A stretch of 64,000 nt of DNA from Carpediemonas membranifera BICM (taxonomy: Eukaryota > Protista > Fornicata), in contig JAHDYR010000031.1 in NCBI GenBank assembly GCA_019828565.1, positions 62,001-126,000 on the forward strand, written 5' to 3'. Shown one piece after another: positions 39,980-50,169 of this stretch (position 1 is the first letter of the stretch; every line of letters starts with the position of its first letter). The notes below the pieces were generated by a model. That model was not told the origin of the DNA, searched no databases, and saw nothing but the letters and a program-made list of their open reading frames with translations. The translations under genes and the position numbers were made by a program.

Positions 39980-42310
39980 ATGCCAAGCCGACGTGTCGAC
40001 GATTCAGCAGCTGATGTGTATAAGCCCCGTGTAGTGACCAAGCCCGGGGAAGAGCCTGAAATCCCCGAGGAGAAGGATACAGTGCACGAGGCGAACCCGT
40101 TCTTCGGCTTCTTCCAGTTGGCAGGCCAGATGAGGAACATGGACAGCAGCAGGAACGATCTCTCAAGCGATGACTATAGGCGCTACAAGTCCCGCGCTGA
40201 GAAGTGGATGCATACGATCTACGGCATGCTCACTGGCGACATCGCGGTCGGCAGCAGAGCACCCATCAAGGACACACCCACCTGGGTCACTCTGGAGGTA
40301 CTTCGTGGTGGATTTGCCTCTGGCGACTTCGTAGCCGGCGGCCCCCTCCTCCAGTGGGAGAGTGACCTCGCTGTGCAGCACCACGTCGAGCCACACCGGG
40401 CAGACCTCAACCGCTTCTTCCTCACAGGCCAGGGCATGAAGATAATCCTCGACATGCTGGTTACAGGCAAATATCGTGTGTCCGTGCCCGAGGAGGCGGC
40501 CATCCCCGTGCTTGTGTGGTACGCCAGCAGCACCACCCCCGACTGGAGCTCGATCACCAAGCTCGCCGCCGCCATCGCGCCCTTCTTCGACCGACTCCGC
40601 TTCTACCCCGAGCCCACGTCCACTGCCTTTAGCCCCTCGGAGATGACGTCCCTGATGACGGTGCCCGAGCTCATCGAGATGTTCAATACCACCAAGGGTC
40701 GTGCCAGTATCCAGGCCAACAGCGACGCCCTCAACTTCTGGCGTCCGGCCTACATTGACCTGCTGACCCTCCTCACCGAGCTCACCGACCATCGAGGGCT
40801 GATGACAAGCGTGTCGCTCCCCACTGCGGGCTGGGTCAATAAGGCACGTGTGCTGTTCAACAAGATCCGGGCCTTCTGCCCCCATAGAGCAGACTACCCC
40901 AGGAAGATGCGTCGGGGGAACTTCGGCAAGCTCTTCGACTTCATGGTCAAGCTCATCACAAGGAAGCCTGTGACCCAACTGGACAAGGACATGGCGTCCC
41001 ACTGGCTCAAGGAGTCGACAGCCAAGTACGGCCTCGCCACGGATGCCAGAGGGAAGGCCCGGCTCGAGATGTACGCCTTAATCGCCCAGTCGATGGGAAA
41101 CCCCAAGGAATACGCGCACCTTGTCGCCAGACGCCTGACCAAGGCCAAGGTGGCCGAGATCTTCGACCCCACATCGTTCACGCGCCCCGTCACCAAGCGC
41201 GAGGCCACACCCTCCATGCCGATGGGGCGCCCCATTCCAATGTCGGTGGCTGTGAAGGTGGAGCGGGGCGTGACAGACACCATTAATGGTCTCATCGGCC
41301 GCGGCGTGCTGACGTCGGCAGAAATGGTCGCCGCTATCATGCCGAAGGTCACGAGTGGCGTGCAGGCGGCGGTGTACAAGGACGAGACGCTGCGGGCCCT
41401 GATGACCCAAACCATGCGGGCATTCAGCTCCCGCCGCTCGCTGCTGCTGCTGAACCTTGAGAGCCAGGTTACGATCGACGAGCTCCCCTGGGTCAATGCC
41501 GTTGCCCGGTTCAGAGTCCGTGATAGGACGACCGCGCAGTTTAACATGGCACGCGACATGCTGGTCGCTGTGCTGATGGGCTGGCCGTACCAGATCCTGC
41601 CCAACAAGTTCCTGTCCGAGCTCGGCCGGCTCATGGCAGCTGCCCAGGTCAAGGCGACCCTTTCCATGGAACTGGCGGCCGACATATTCTGCGAACACTT
41701 TTCGACCTCTATGGTGACGGCGGTGCAGGAGGCGCTTGCCCGCTACACCCCCGACAACCTCTACGCTGTCTATTATAACATCCGCGAGTTCGCCTGCGAC
41801 GTCAAGACAGGGGCCGACGTCTTCGAGCTGTGCTGCAAGCGGTCGGGCCAGAGCAGAGAGACCCGTCGCCAGGCGGGTTACTCAGTGGCGAACAACGGGG
41901 CGCTGCTCGAGCAGTACCAGGTGCTCACCGCACACAACCTGGCCAAGCTGTGGGATGTGTTCTCTCTGGACCACGTATTCACCACTGAGCAGATGTCCGA
42001 CATGGGGATGAGGATTGTGCACTTTATGGCAAAGGAGATCGCCAACCACGAGGACGAGAAGTGCTACCACGCTCTTCTGCTCACCAGGAAGAACATCTGC
42101 TACGCCTGGCGCCAGTTCGTCTTCATCATGAGCAGGCTCCAGCACGACGAGGTCGTGGCCGTGCTCGACGACCTGACTGCCGAGCTCGGTGATAAGATAC
42201 CCCCCTCCATCATCCAGGGCTTCGAGGACCTCCGCGGGGCCCTAGATGCGATGCCGCCCGCCAACCCCCAGTACGGATGGATCGCGTCCAAGAAGAAGCG
42301 GTACCAGTAG
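39980..42310 (+). CDS. Conserved hypothetical protein of a bacterial-type family
   Basis: 'GSRAP...WVTLEVLRGGFASG', 'VPEEAA', 'LRFYP', 'RRSLLLLNLESQV...ELPWV', 'ELAADIF' and 'YAWRQ' recall an uncharacterised actinobacterial/myxobacterial family (from memory). Confidence 0.7.
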   Translation: MPSRRVDDSAADVYKPRVVTKPGEEPEIPEEKDTVHEANPFFGFFQLAGQMRNMDSSRNDLSSDDYRRYKSRAEKWMHTIYGMLTGDIAVGSRAPIKDTPTWVTLEVLRGGFASGDFVAGGPLLQWESDLAVQHHVEPHRADLNRFFLTGQGMKIILDMLVTGKYRVSVPEEAAIPVLVWYASSTTPDWSSITKLAAAIAPFFDRLRFYPEPTSTAFSPSEMTSLMTVPELIEMFNTTKGRASIQANSDALNFWRPAYIDLLTLLTELTDHRGLMTSVSLPTAGWVNKARVLFNKIRAFCPHRADYPRKMRRGNFGKLFDFMVKLITRKPVTQLDKDMASHWLKESTAKYGLATDARGKARLEMYALIAQSMGNPKEYAHLVARRLTKAKVAEIFDPTSFTRPVTKREATPSMPMGRPIPMSVAVKVERGVTDTINGLIGRGVLTSAEMVAAIMPKVTSGVQAAVYKDETLRALMTQTMRAFSSRRSLLLLNLESQVTIDELPWVNAVARFRVRDRTTAQFNMARDMLVAVLMGWPYQILPNKFLSELGRLMAAAQVKATLSMELAADIFCEHFSTSMVTAVQEALARYTPDNLYAVYYNIREFACDVKTGADVFELCCKRSGQSRETRRQAGYSVANNGALLEQYQVLTAHNLAKLWDVFSLDHVFTTEQMSDMGMRIVHFMAKEIANHEDEKCYHALLLTRKNICYAWRQFVFIMSRLQHDEVVAVLDDLTAELGDKIPPSIIQGFEDLRGALDAMPPANPQYGWIASKKKRYQ

Positions 42311-42331
42311 TCTACTTTATAAATAGCAACA

Positions 42332-44284
42332 TTACTCCTGGGCCAGAGTGAATCTAAGATACTGCCGCAGGAGCGTCAGGTCCGCGGGCTTCCAGGGCGA
42401 CGCTACGGGTCGCTCGTCCCCGTATGATAGGTCGTGGACGGAGACCACCTTGCTGCGCCACGTCATGGGGATGCCGAAGAGCAGCTCCGGGCTCGAGATG
42501 ATCTTGGCGAGCACCTTCCGGGCCGTCTCAACGTGTCGGCCGGGTCTGGGGCACATGCCAAGCTCCCACATGCGGATGAGCGTGGCGGATGCGATCCACG
42601 GCGGGATTCTCCGCGGTGTGAAGGCCATGACGTGCCGGACGACGCACAGCACCGGGAACAGGTCGGGACGGGTCGCCAGCATCGCCCGGAGTCTGGCGCT
42701 GCTCCTGTCGGCGTGCAGGTGGGCCTCCGTGACCTGTGCCGTGACATCCCCTAAGCTGCACTCGATAATCGGGATGCGGGCCCGGTCGACGAACTTGGCC
42801 GGAACGCCCGCCTGCTGCAGGGCTGCGAACACGGATCTAATAGATATGAACGGACCGCTGGGCAGCGTGGCCATGACATCAAGGTCCGAGCCCTCTGAGG
42901 CGAACCCCGTGCTGACTGACCCATGCAGTGTCAGACGCACACCGGGCAGCAGGGCCTGCAGCGCGGGCAGGGCGGCGGCGAGTCGGGCAGCCCTCGCTCG
43001 GCCATGGTGCTCAGCGTCGAGACCCACGCTCGCCAGGGCGCGGCTGTCGATGAGGTTGGTCCATGCAGGAGGCTGGCCGTCCAGGGCAGCCTGGTGTATC
43101 TCCTTGGTGTATCTGACCACCGAACCGGCGTGTATGCTGCGGTCGGCCCTCTCGTCGAGGACCCTGCCTGTTGTCAGGAAGTGGATCAGTTCGCCCCGGC
43201 TCCGGAACGGGGCTGCCATGCCGAGCCCGTCCGTGACCTTGAAGGAGTCCAGCCGTGGGTCCAGCTGGATCCCAGTGTCGTGAGGCAGGGTGATCGATTG
43301 GGTGGGGCTGAGGGTGGCGGCCATGTGCTCCATCGCCCCCAGCACCGCCTGGCACATGCGGCCGAAGAGGGTGGGTGCGTCGTCGGTTACCGTAGGGGTC
43401 GGGACGGCCTGGTCCATGCGACACGGTGGGAGTACACCCACCCTGACCAGGGCGCACACGGCGAGGACGGCCGCGGAGTACGTACTGGATATGCGCTTGA
43501 TCCCGAAGAGCGTGGCCGCCACAAAGGCGCGGACAGCGTCCCGGACGACGGGGTGGGACAGCAGCAGCTGCCTAAGGAATGCGGTGGTGAGCTCCTCGTG
43601 GGTGGGGTTGAGGATAACGCACACGGTCGCCTGGAAGAGGCCAAGTGACGCCCGGACGCGGCGCTGGATGCGGTCAGAGCGGCTCAGATGGTACTCCTCC
43701 CCGAACTTGGTGGCGATGGCGTCCCTTATGGCCGCCTTCATGGCGTCTGTGATGGGGCGGGGGGAACGCACAATAAGGTCGACGGCACTACTGAAGGAGG
43801 CCAGGCCATAGTCATACGAGCCCACCAGGGTCACCTGGAACGATCCTACGGTCATGATGGCGACGGTTGCGTCCCGCATCAGCTGTGCCGCGACGTCGTC
43901 GGTGGCGACGGAGTAGAGCGGGGATGCGGCGAAGTAGTCGAAGATGTTGAGGCTGACGTCGGGTGAGATGGTGATCAGGGGTGCCTGAACGCTGGGAGAG
44001 CTCGTGCTGGTCACGGAGATGACGTTGAAGCGGTTTCCGTCTGCGTCTTCTGCGAAGGGCTGCGCGTCGTCATATGCCCAGTGGTCATCGTTCACGAGAA
44101 ACTGATAGCGGTGATCGCCGATGGGGAGATCTAGCGATAGCATCCAGCCATCTGCTAAGCCGTCGACAGCGGGTGATGAAAGCTGTGCTCGGACGCATGG
44201 GATGTGCGTGGACCAGTTGCAGAAGGAGCCTGTTACAGCAACCTCGTTTGCTTTGTATGGCCACACGAGCTTTACTCTCTGCAT
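42332..44284 (-). CDS. CBM48 (AMPK-beta-type glycogen-binding) domain fused to two pol-beta nucleotidyltransferase-like domains
   Basis: 'EVAVTGSFCNW...LPIGDHRYQFLVNDDHW'; 'VGSYDYGLASFSSAVDL' and 'HGSVSTGFASEGSDLDV...ARIPII'. Confidence 0.72.
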   Translation of the reverse strand: MQRVKLVWPYKANEVAVTGSFCNWSTHIPCVRAQLSSPAVDGLADGWMLSLDLPIGDHRYQFLVNDDHWAYDDAQPFAEDADGNRFNVISVTSTSSPSVQAPLITISPDVSLNIFDYFAASPLYSVATDDVAAQLMRDATVAIMTVGSFQVTLVGSYDYGLASFSSAVDLIVRSPRPITDAMKAAIRDAIATKFGEEYHLSRSDRIQRRVRASLGLFQATVCVILNPTHEELTTAFLRQLLLSHPVVRDAVRAFVAATLFGIKRISSTYSAAVLAVCALVRVGVLPPCRMDQAVPTPTVTDDAPTLFGRMCQAVLGAMEHMAATLSPTQSITLPHDTGIQLDPRLDSFKVTDGLGMAAPFRSRGELIHFLTTGRVLDERADRSIHAGSVVRYTKEIHQAALDGQPPAWTNLIDSRALASVGLDAEHHGRARAARLAAALPALQALLPGVRLTLHGSVSTGFASEGSDLDVMATLPSGPFISIRSVFAALQQAGVPAKFVDRARIPIIECSLGDVTAQVTEAHLHADRSSARLRAMLATRPDLFPVLCVVRHVMAFTPRRIPPWIASATLIRMWELGMCPRPGRHVETARKVLAKIISSPELLFGIPMTWRSKVVSVHDLSYGDERPVASPWKPADLTLLRQYLRFTLAQE

Positions 44285-44515
44285 TTGTTCAAGTTTCGCC
44301 TGTGATAATCCACTTGGACCTCCCACCGACTGTCTCCCAAATCACACAAGATCACACGCACAGAATCTAGCTCGGTCTCGATAATGCCCCCTTCGTGCAC
44401 TGGGCACGCTGGTCCGAGCAATCGTCCCTGCGCGCCGGCACTGTCAGCATGACCGGGGGGGTCGTCGAGACAGCATTTATGACACTGATGGGAGTATACT
44501 GCATCTAGTGGCCCT

Positions 44516-45058
44516 CTACCCTGCCGGTGTCGTCCGCATGCTGATGTAGACCCTGACGGCGGTGAGGAACCCCCAGAGGCCGTGCCGCTCCTCCATGAAG
44601 GCGAGGTCCCGGCCATGGCGGCTCCCCTTGTGTGGACGGTGGTTGTTTGTGTGATGGACCCTGTGTGCTGCCTCGTGGTTGGGCTGTACGGCACGGGACC
44701 TGCTGTGGCGATGCTTCGCGGCCTGGTCGAAGTCGGGCATGCTTCGTGAGGGACGTAGGAGCGTCTTGCTGGTGGCGACCGGGGATGTCTGCAGGGATCG
44801 CGAGATGGTGGCCTTCGGACGGGCCTGAGCTCTGTATAAGGCCAGCGTCTTGCGGAGCTCCTTCCTACTTTGGAACCCGAGGATCCGCACAATCTCACTC
44901 TCTTTCCAACCGGCCTTCAATAGGTGGATTGCGCGCCTCGATGTCCTCGCGGAATGCGATGTACGCTTTTCAGGGATAATTGGAATCGTGCACTGTCGCG
45001 CCTCATTCACGCTACGGGTAACATGCTTCATGCTGGAGCTTCTATGGTTGGAAACCAT
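44516..45058 (-). CDS. Hypothetical basic protein
   Basis: ATG-initiated ORF occupying an intergenic gap; no recognisable domain. Confidence 0.4.
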   Translation of the reverse strand: MVSNHRSSSMKHVTRSVNEARQCTIPIIPEKRTSHSARTSRRAIHLLKAGWKESEIVRILGFQSRKELRKTLALYRAQARPKATISRSLQTSPVATSKTLLRPSRSMPDFDQAAKHRHSRSRAVQPNHEAAHRVHHTNNHRPHKGSRHGRDLAFMEERHGLWGFLTAVRVYISMRTTPAG

Positions 45059-45224
45059 CGAGAATCTCTCCTTTCCTCGCGTCACAGTCGCTAGCGAGCC
45101 CGCTATCAATTCTTGATGGTGTCACAGAGACGGGATCAGATCCTCTCAAATCAGACGCAGTCAAGGTCTTACCTGGGCTCGCCGACAGACGACAGATGAT
45201 CTGCGCTGCTTTATTTCCGCGGCC

Positions 45225-46559
45225 TCAATCCATCATCAGTTCCCGCTCAACCAGCCGCCCCGTGGGAACCTGGCTCTCCCCAGGCTCCTCCAGGTCCCTC
45301 TGAACGCCCAGGTCGGCGTCTTCCTTCCGCCTGTGCTCCCTGGCCTTGTTGGTGCCGACCATGCAGGTCCACGGGGTCGAGGCAGCTGACACCACGGACC
45401 CCTGCCTGGTGGGGGCCGGCCGCTGTGTCGACGCCGTCTTGGTGACAACGCGCGGGTCGTTCCCACGACGAACAGTGCGGGCATCGGACGAGACCTCAAT
45501 GACGAGCCCCGCGGGGTCACGAAGGTAGGCCACGTTGCCCACGCCAGCCTTAAACCGCGGGCCGGCCACGATCTCATGCCCGTCAGCGGGGAGGGTGTTC
45601 CAGAAGGCGGTGAGGTCGGGAACATGCACTGAGATGCCCTTGCAGATGGAGTGCTTCAGCTCGGTCTGCTGCCGGACGCTGTCGACGTAGCAGACGGACG
45701 GGAACACTGTCCTATCTCCCGCGGCAATGTAGAAGTACGAGCACCGCAGCTGTAGGAACGTCTCTTTGTCGACGGCGTGGAGACCAACCCTGCCGTTGAT
45801 CGGCTTGATGCACCCGTCAGGGCCCGGCCGCACGTCCTGGGCGTTGTTGAACGGGGTGTCGCCCCCGGTAGTGTGGACGATCGCACTGAACGTCTGGTCG
45901 TACCAGCGGACGGCGGTCTCCGCGGCCAGGCAGGGCAGCTGAAGGAAGGCCAGCCTGCAGTCCATGTCTGGGATGATCGAGCGCTGCCCGGGAGCTGAGC
46001 TGGCAAACGAGCTCGGCAGCTGGGTCACCCGCACCCTATACCCGTTGGGGTCAAGCACGATGGCGGTCTTGACCCCGAATATGTCGACCGGCTCCGTAAC
46101 TACGGACAGCCCCGCCCCGTGCACACGCTGCATCACCATGGCCAGGTCAGACACGTAGAACACGAGCATGGTGTTGTCGTTAGGCTGGTAGGGCGCCGCT
46201 GACACGTGGTTCCCGTCAATGGCGTCATGGCCTGAGGCCTCGAAGCGAAGCGAGACCGACAGGGGGTGGTTCTCAGCAGGGCGCATCCCTCGCTGTGGAG
46301 CCATGAAAACTGCTATTTGTGTGGTGAGATTAGGCGATGCCGTATACGTTTCGACGAGAGAGAGGCAGGTAGTATAGAAAAACCGGGTCATCGGCATGTC
46401 TACGGCACGGAAAATGAACGAACGAATGAATATGTTCATATTAGAGATAATGGCCTTCTCCTCGGCCGGAAGGGTTGTTGTGTTGGCGACGCTCAGCATC
46501 GCGAATATGAGCGTGCAGGCTAAGGATATTGGCGTGTGGTGATCATCTCCATCCCTCAT
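45225..46559 (-). CDS. Glyoxalase/VOC-fold protein (tandem domains)
   Basis: 'LVFYVSDL...AIVLDPNGYRV' and 'ISVHVPDL...AYLRDPAGLVIEV'. Confidence 0.75.
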   Translation of the reverse strand: MRDGDDHHTPISLACTLIFAMLSVANTTTLPAEEKAIISNMNIFIRSFIFRAVDMPMTRFFYTTCLSLVETYTASPNLTTQIAVFMAPQRGMRPAENHPLSVSLRFEASGHDAIDGNHVSAAPYQPNDNTMLVFYVSDLAMVMQRVHGAGLSVVTEPVDIFGVKTAIVLDPNGYRVRVTQLPSSFASSAPGQRSIIPDMDCRLAFLQLPCLAAETAVRWYDQTFSAIVHTTGGDTPFNNAQDVRPGPDGCIKPINGRVGLHAVDKETFLQLRCSYFYIAAGDRTVFPSVCYVDSVRQQTELKHSICKGISVHVPDLTAFWNTLPADGHEIVAGPRFKAGVGNVAYLRDPAGLVIEVSSDARTVRRGNDPRVVTKTASTQRPAPTRQGSVVSAASTPWTCMVGTNKAREHRRKEDADLGVQRDLEEPGESQVPTGRLVERELMMD

Positions 46560-46690
46560 TCACGGGCAGTTGTTGCCATGGATTGGTTACCCCATACTTG
46601 GTCGCGTTGCCGCTGAGTATTCCTTTGTCAGCCGGGTCACGAAGAATTCAAACAGGCGCACACTGACCGCGTGCTAGGCAACTGTGGCCG

Positions 46691-47401
46691 ATGGCAGCGT
46701 CATTTGATGGCGGGAGTGACCTTGATTTCCACTCGATTTTGGACTCGAAGAAAGCTGCGCATCTTCAACCATCAACCACAATGGCAGAAAACGAACGAAA
46801 CAAACAGAACACCGCGAGAGATATGTTGTGGGACTGTGCGGGACTGTCTTATTCTCACTCGTTTGACATTTTGTCGTCCTCACAAGAAGCTGGTACCGAA
46901 ATTCAGCGACAATCGAAACGAAAAAGGCATGCGATGACAATTGGCGACGATAGTACATTCAACCAGTTGCTTATTGCGCCTCCGTCCGTTATTTACGATG
47001 AACGGTCGAGAAACTCGATTGACGACGAGCTCATCATCCCCAGCCGCACCTACGAGTTGGACGTCAACGACGCACGCCAACCGCCGTTGTCGCCGTCGTT
47101 CCCCACGAACAGCTTTGGGACCAGTGCGTACCCGTCCCGCGACATCACCGAGAGGCCGGACAGCCCCTCGACGGACTACACCCTCACAGACGGGGAAAGG
47201 GCGTACGAGATCGTGTCGGGGTCCTCAAGTGAGATGCACATGTGTCTGACCGAGGAGCAGGATTACCTCGGCAACACGACGAACTGCACCGACGGCCGCG
47301 TCTCCCCCAAGGTGGAGCCCGACGATGGAGACCCCAGGGCGCCCCTGCTGGCGCGGCTGTGGCAGTGGCTCGTGCATATTATTTATGATTACGTTCTGTA
47401 G
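46691..47401 (+). CDS. Hypothetical acidic, disordered protein with hydrophobic C-terminus
   Basis: 236-aa ATG-initiated ORF divergent from the VOC gene. Confidence 0.5.
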   Translation: MAASFDGGSDLDFHSILDSKKAAHLQPSTTMAENERNKQNTARDMLWDCAGLSYSHSFDILSSSQEAGTEIQRQSKRKRHAMTIGDDSTFNQLLIAPPSVIYDERSRNSIDDELIIPSRTYELDVNDARQPPLSPSFPTNSFGTSAYPSRDITERPDSPSTDYTLTDGERAYEIVSGSSSEMHMCLTEEQDYLGNTTNCTDGRVSPKVEPDDGDPRAPLLARLWQWLVHIIYDYVL

Positions 47402-47510
47402 ATTCCAGGCGAATGGGGCCGGCTACCCCGGTTCCCGCCGTAGTAAACCTATCACAGTACGCATCTGATGGACACCAGCACGAGCACATTTATACAGACC
47501 CACCGGCCCC

Positions 47511-48947
47511 TCACGCCGAGAGGTACATATCCCTGAAGCTTGCCGCGGACCCTTGTATCTTGCCCGCCCCCGCCCGTGCCAGGGCATCCACCGCGCCCCG
47601 ACCGTCACACCGCTCGAACAGCGTCAGGAACTGGGTGTCACGGTCGAACAGCTTGGCCAGGAAGCCGAGACACAGCTCCTGCAGATCAGACGCCCGGATC
47701 TCGGGGCGGAGGACGAAGACGGCGCGGGCAATGACGGTATCGTCGACTACATCCTGGATGACGGAGAGATCCGCCACGGCCGCCATCGTCGTCAGCAGCC
47801 AGAACACCTCCGCGGTGACTCTCTGCCGCGTGATGACAAGGGCGTCCGGGATGACTGCCAGCATGCGGGCCCCGTGCATCTCCTCAGCAAAGGCCGGCAG
47901 CCGGCCTATGAGCTGCGCCATGAGCCATATGGACCTAACTTGCACAGGCTCGGGGACTTGGGCGTACAGCGTCGCCTGGATCACCACGCGGGCACGGTGT
48001 TGCTGGGCCAGCTGCCGGGCTGGACCCTCGCCCATGATCGCGATGTTCCCCAGCACCGCCAGGGCCCGGGCCGTGATCGCCTGCGGGGCAAGGGTGGCGA
48101 CCGTGGCGACGAGGTCGATCAGGTCAGGTCCGAGAACCCCGATGTCATCGGCAGACATCGCGCTGGTGCAGGTCATGAGCAGTAGCACGCCGCTATGGGC
48201 CGGCTGGTGCAGGTTCTTGGCCGTGGGGTTGGCGATGAGGCTCTTAAACACCCTGCACAGCGCCTCGACGACGGGGCCGACGAGCACGGAGGGGAAGAGC
48301 GTCGCCTGCCCATCAATGCCGGTAATCATCGCCAGCAACGCTATAGCTGCATCTGTGTGCGACGGGTACGCGCTGATGAGTGTCACGGCGTCATGCACGG
48401 TCGTCGGTGCGATCTGGAAGTGGCGCAGGACCCGGATCATGTTCGCGAGACATGCCGCCGCCTGCCGGGCCAGCGAGTAGTGTCTTATGCCCATCGCCTC
48501 GTGTAGTATGGCCTCCACCGCCTTGCCGACGGACGGGTCGCCCGTGATGATCGAGGCGTTCAGTAGGAGCGCGTTCAGCGCCGAGAGGGCGTGTGGCGCG
48601 ACGTTAGTCCCGTGGCTTACGGGTAGGGCGGATAGGACCGGTATGGCGCCCTTTTCCACGCCCGTGTCGACGAGACTAGGGCTGTGGAGGAAGTTGTACT
48701 CGAGCACCGCCAGCATGCGGATGATCTCAGCCTCCTCACAGGTGTTAATGTGCCCTAGCATGTATATAAGATAGTCTTTCGTGATCTCCTCGGCTGGGAG
48801 GATGCGCTCAGCGCTGGACTGAGCGCTGAGCTCAAGTACCTCCGAACGCTTCATCTTACGCAAGCTCTGCAGCGAGATTCCTCGTTCTCGTCGACTATCA
48901 TCTGCAGTAAAGCCTCGACGGACATTCCTTGTCGGCGTAGAGCTCAT
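47511..48947 (-). CDS. Importin-alpha-like armadillo-repeat protein
   Basis: IBB-like 'SRRERGISLQSLRKMKRSE' and ARM motifs 'AAACLANM', 'ALAVLGNIA' and 'EVFWLL'. Confidence 0.7.
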   Translation of the reverse strand: MSSTPTRNVRRGFTADDSRRERGISLQSLRKMKRSEVLELSAQSSAERILPAEEITKDYLIYMLGHINTCEEAEIIRMLAVLEYNFLHSPSLVDTGVEKGAIPVLSALPVSHGTNVAPHALSALNALLLNASIITGDPSVGKAVEAILHEAMGIRHYSLARQAAACLANMIRVLRHFQIAPTTVHDAVTLISAYPSHTDAAIALLAMITGIDGQATLFPSVLVGPVVEALCRVFKSLIANPTAKNLHQPAHSGVLLLMTCTSAMSADDIGVLGPDLIDLVATVATLAPQAITARALAVLGNIAIMGEGPARQLAQQHRARVVIQATLYAQVPEPVQVRSIWLMAQLIGRLPAFAEEMHGARMLAVIPDALVITRQRVTAEVFWLLTTMAAVADLSVIQDVVDDTVIARAVFVLRPEIRASDLQELCLGFLAKLFDRDTQFLTLFERCDGRGAVDALARAGAGKIQGSAASFRDMYLSA

Positions 48948-49097
48948 AGACACCACCGGGCTTCAATGCTTGTCCTGCGAAAATCAGACCCTGGTCACCA
49001 TGCGTCCCAATGCCTAGTAAGGGCCTCCGGAGGCTACTGGGGAGGCCAGTGGCTCCTGGCAGCATGTCAGTTTCTGCAGTTTTATGGTGAATATCAC

Positions 49098-50114
49098 ATG
49101 GCACCAAACAGCGCACCTCCGTCCTTCACAGAGCTAGAGCATGAGCTCAATGACGTTCTCATTTCGGAAGAGTTTCTCCCATTGGCTTATTTCTCCAGGA
49201 AAATCTCCAGTTCAGTCTCTGCTTCAATTCAGAGCAATATGTCGATAACGAGGCGTCGTATGACCAGTCCGGCGGCAGATATGATCAATATGACACCAAA
49301 ACTTGCTGATGAGTCCGCATCACTGCGTCCCGTTGCTGACACGTCCGCGTCAATCCATGCCCGTCGGGGGCCGGTGTGCGGCGGCCTCACACTTCGCCAC
49401 GCCGCCACAACCAGCGCGGAGACCAGCTTGAGCTGTGCCCTGGGCGCTCTGGCCTTTAGCCTGCAATCGATGACGCCGTTTGAAGCCCCCAAGGCCACTG
49501 TCGGCGTCCTCAAGTCGTCCGTGGCCAAGGGCCCAGTGACCGCGGACCTCGCCGTCTCAGCGAACTCCAACAGTGTCAGTGTGATGCCTGCCGCGTCTGT
49601 CCGTCTGCTGTCACGGGAGACCGAGCTGGGCAACGTCGAGGCCGTCATTGGAGCCGCCGTCGTCGCCCCCGTGCAGAAGAGCGTGCCTGTGCTCGACTTG
49701 GCATGCAGGGTGTCCCTCCGCAAGCCCGAGCCGGCCCCCCTCCCTCCACCAGTCAAGCAGGGTCGGTTCAAGAAGGCGGCCCCGCCACCCCGTGCCCCCC
49801 TGCCCAGGAAGGGGCCCGAGTCGGTGGTCGGCACGGTGTCGGCCTGCACCAACGGACTGGTCTCTGCCGGTGTGGCTTCCGTCCACCGCGGCGTGACCCT
49901 CGCGGCGAGGGCCATCGTCGACTTCCCCGCCAAGAACATCGAGCCCCAGCTGGCGGTGCAGACCACCATCAACGGGGCGGATCTGTCTCTTTCAGTGCAC
50001 CAGGGCGTGCTTGTTAAAGCCAGCACGATGGTGGGCCGGTCGAGGGTCGGCTTGTCGAGCCACCTGCCAGTTCACGGCATGCCTGCGGTCGGGATGTCCC
50101 TGGTGATCGAGTAA
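49098..50114 (+). CDS. Eukaryotic porin-family beta-barrel, probably divergent Tom40
   Basis: 'PPSFTELEHELNDV...F...SRKIS' resembles the Tom40 N-terminus; amphipathic beta strands; C-terminal beta-signal-like 'AVGMSLVIE'. Confidence 0.55.
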   Translation: MAPNSAPPSFTELEHELNDVLISEEFLPLAYFSRKISSSVSASIQSNMSITRRRMTSPAADMINMTPKLADESASLRPVADTSASIHARRGPVCGGLTLRHAATTSAETSLSCALGALAFSLQSMTPFEAPKATVGVLKSSVAKGPVTADLAVSANSNSVSVMPAASVRLLSRETELGNVEAVIGAAVVAPVQKSVPVLDLACRVSLRKPEPAPLPPPVKQGRFKKAAPPPRAPLPRKGPESVVGTVSACTNGLVSAGVASVHRGVTLAARAIVDFPAKNIEPQLAVQTTINGADLSLSVHQGVLVKASTMVGRSRVGLSSHLPVHGMPAVGMSLVIE

Positions 50115-50169
50115 ACGCGCAGGTGTGGCGGATTAGTGGCAGATCCGCAGGGAAGACAATCGTTGAAAC

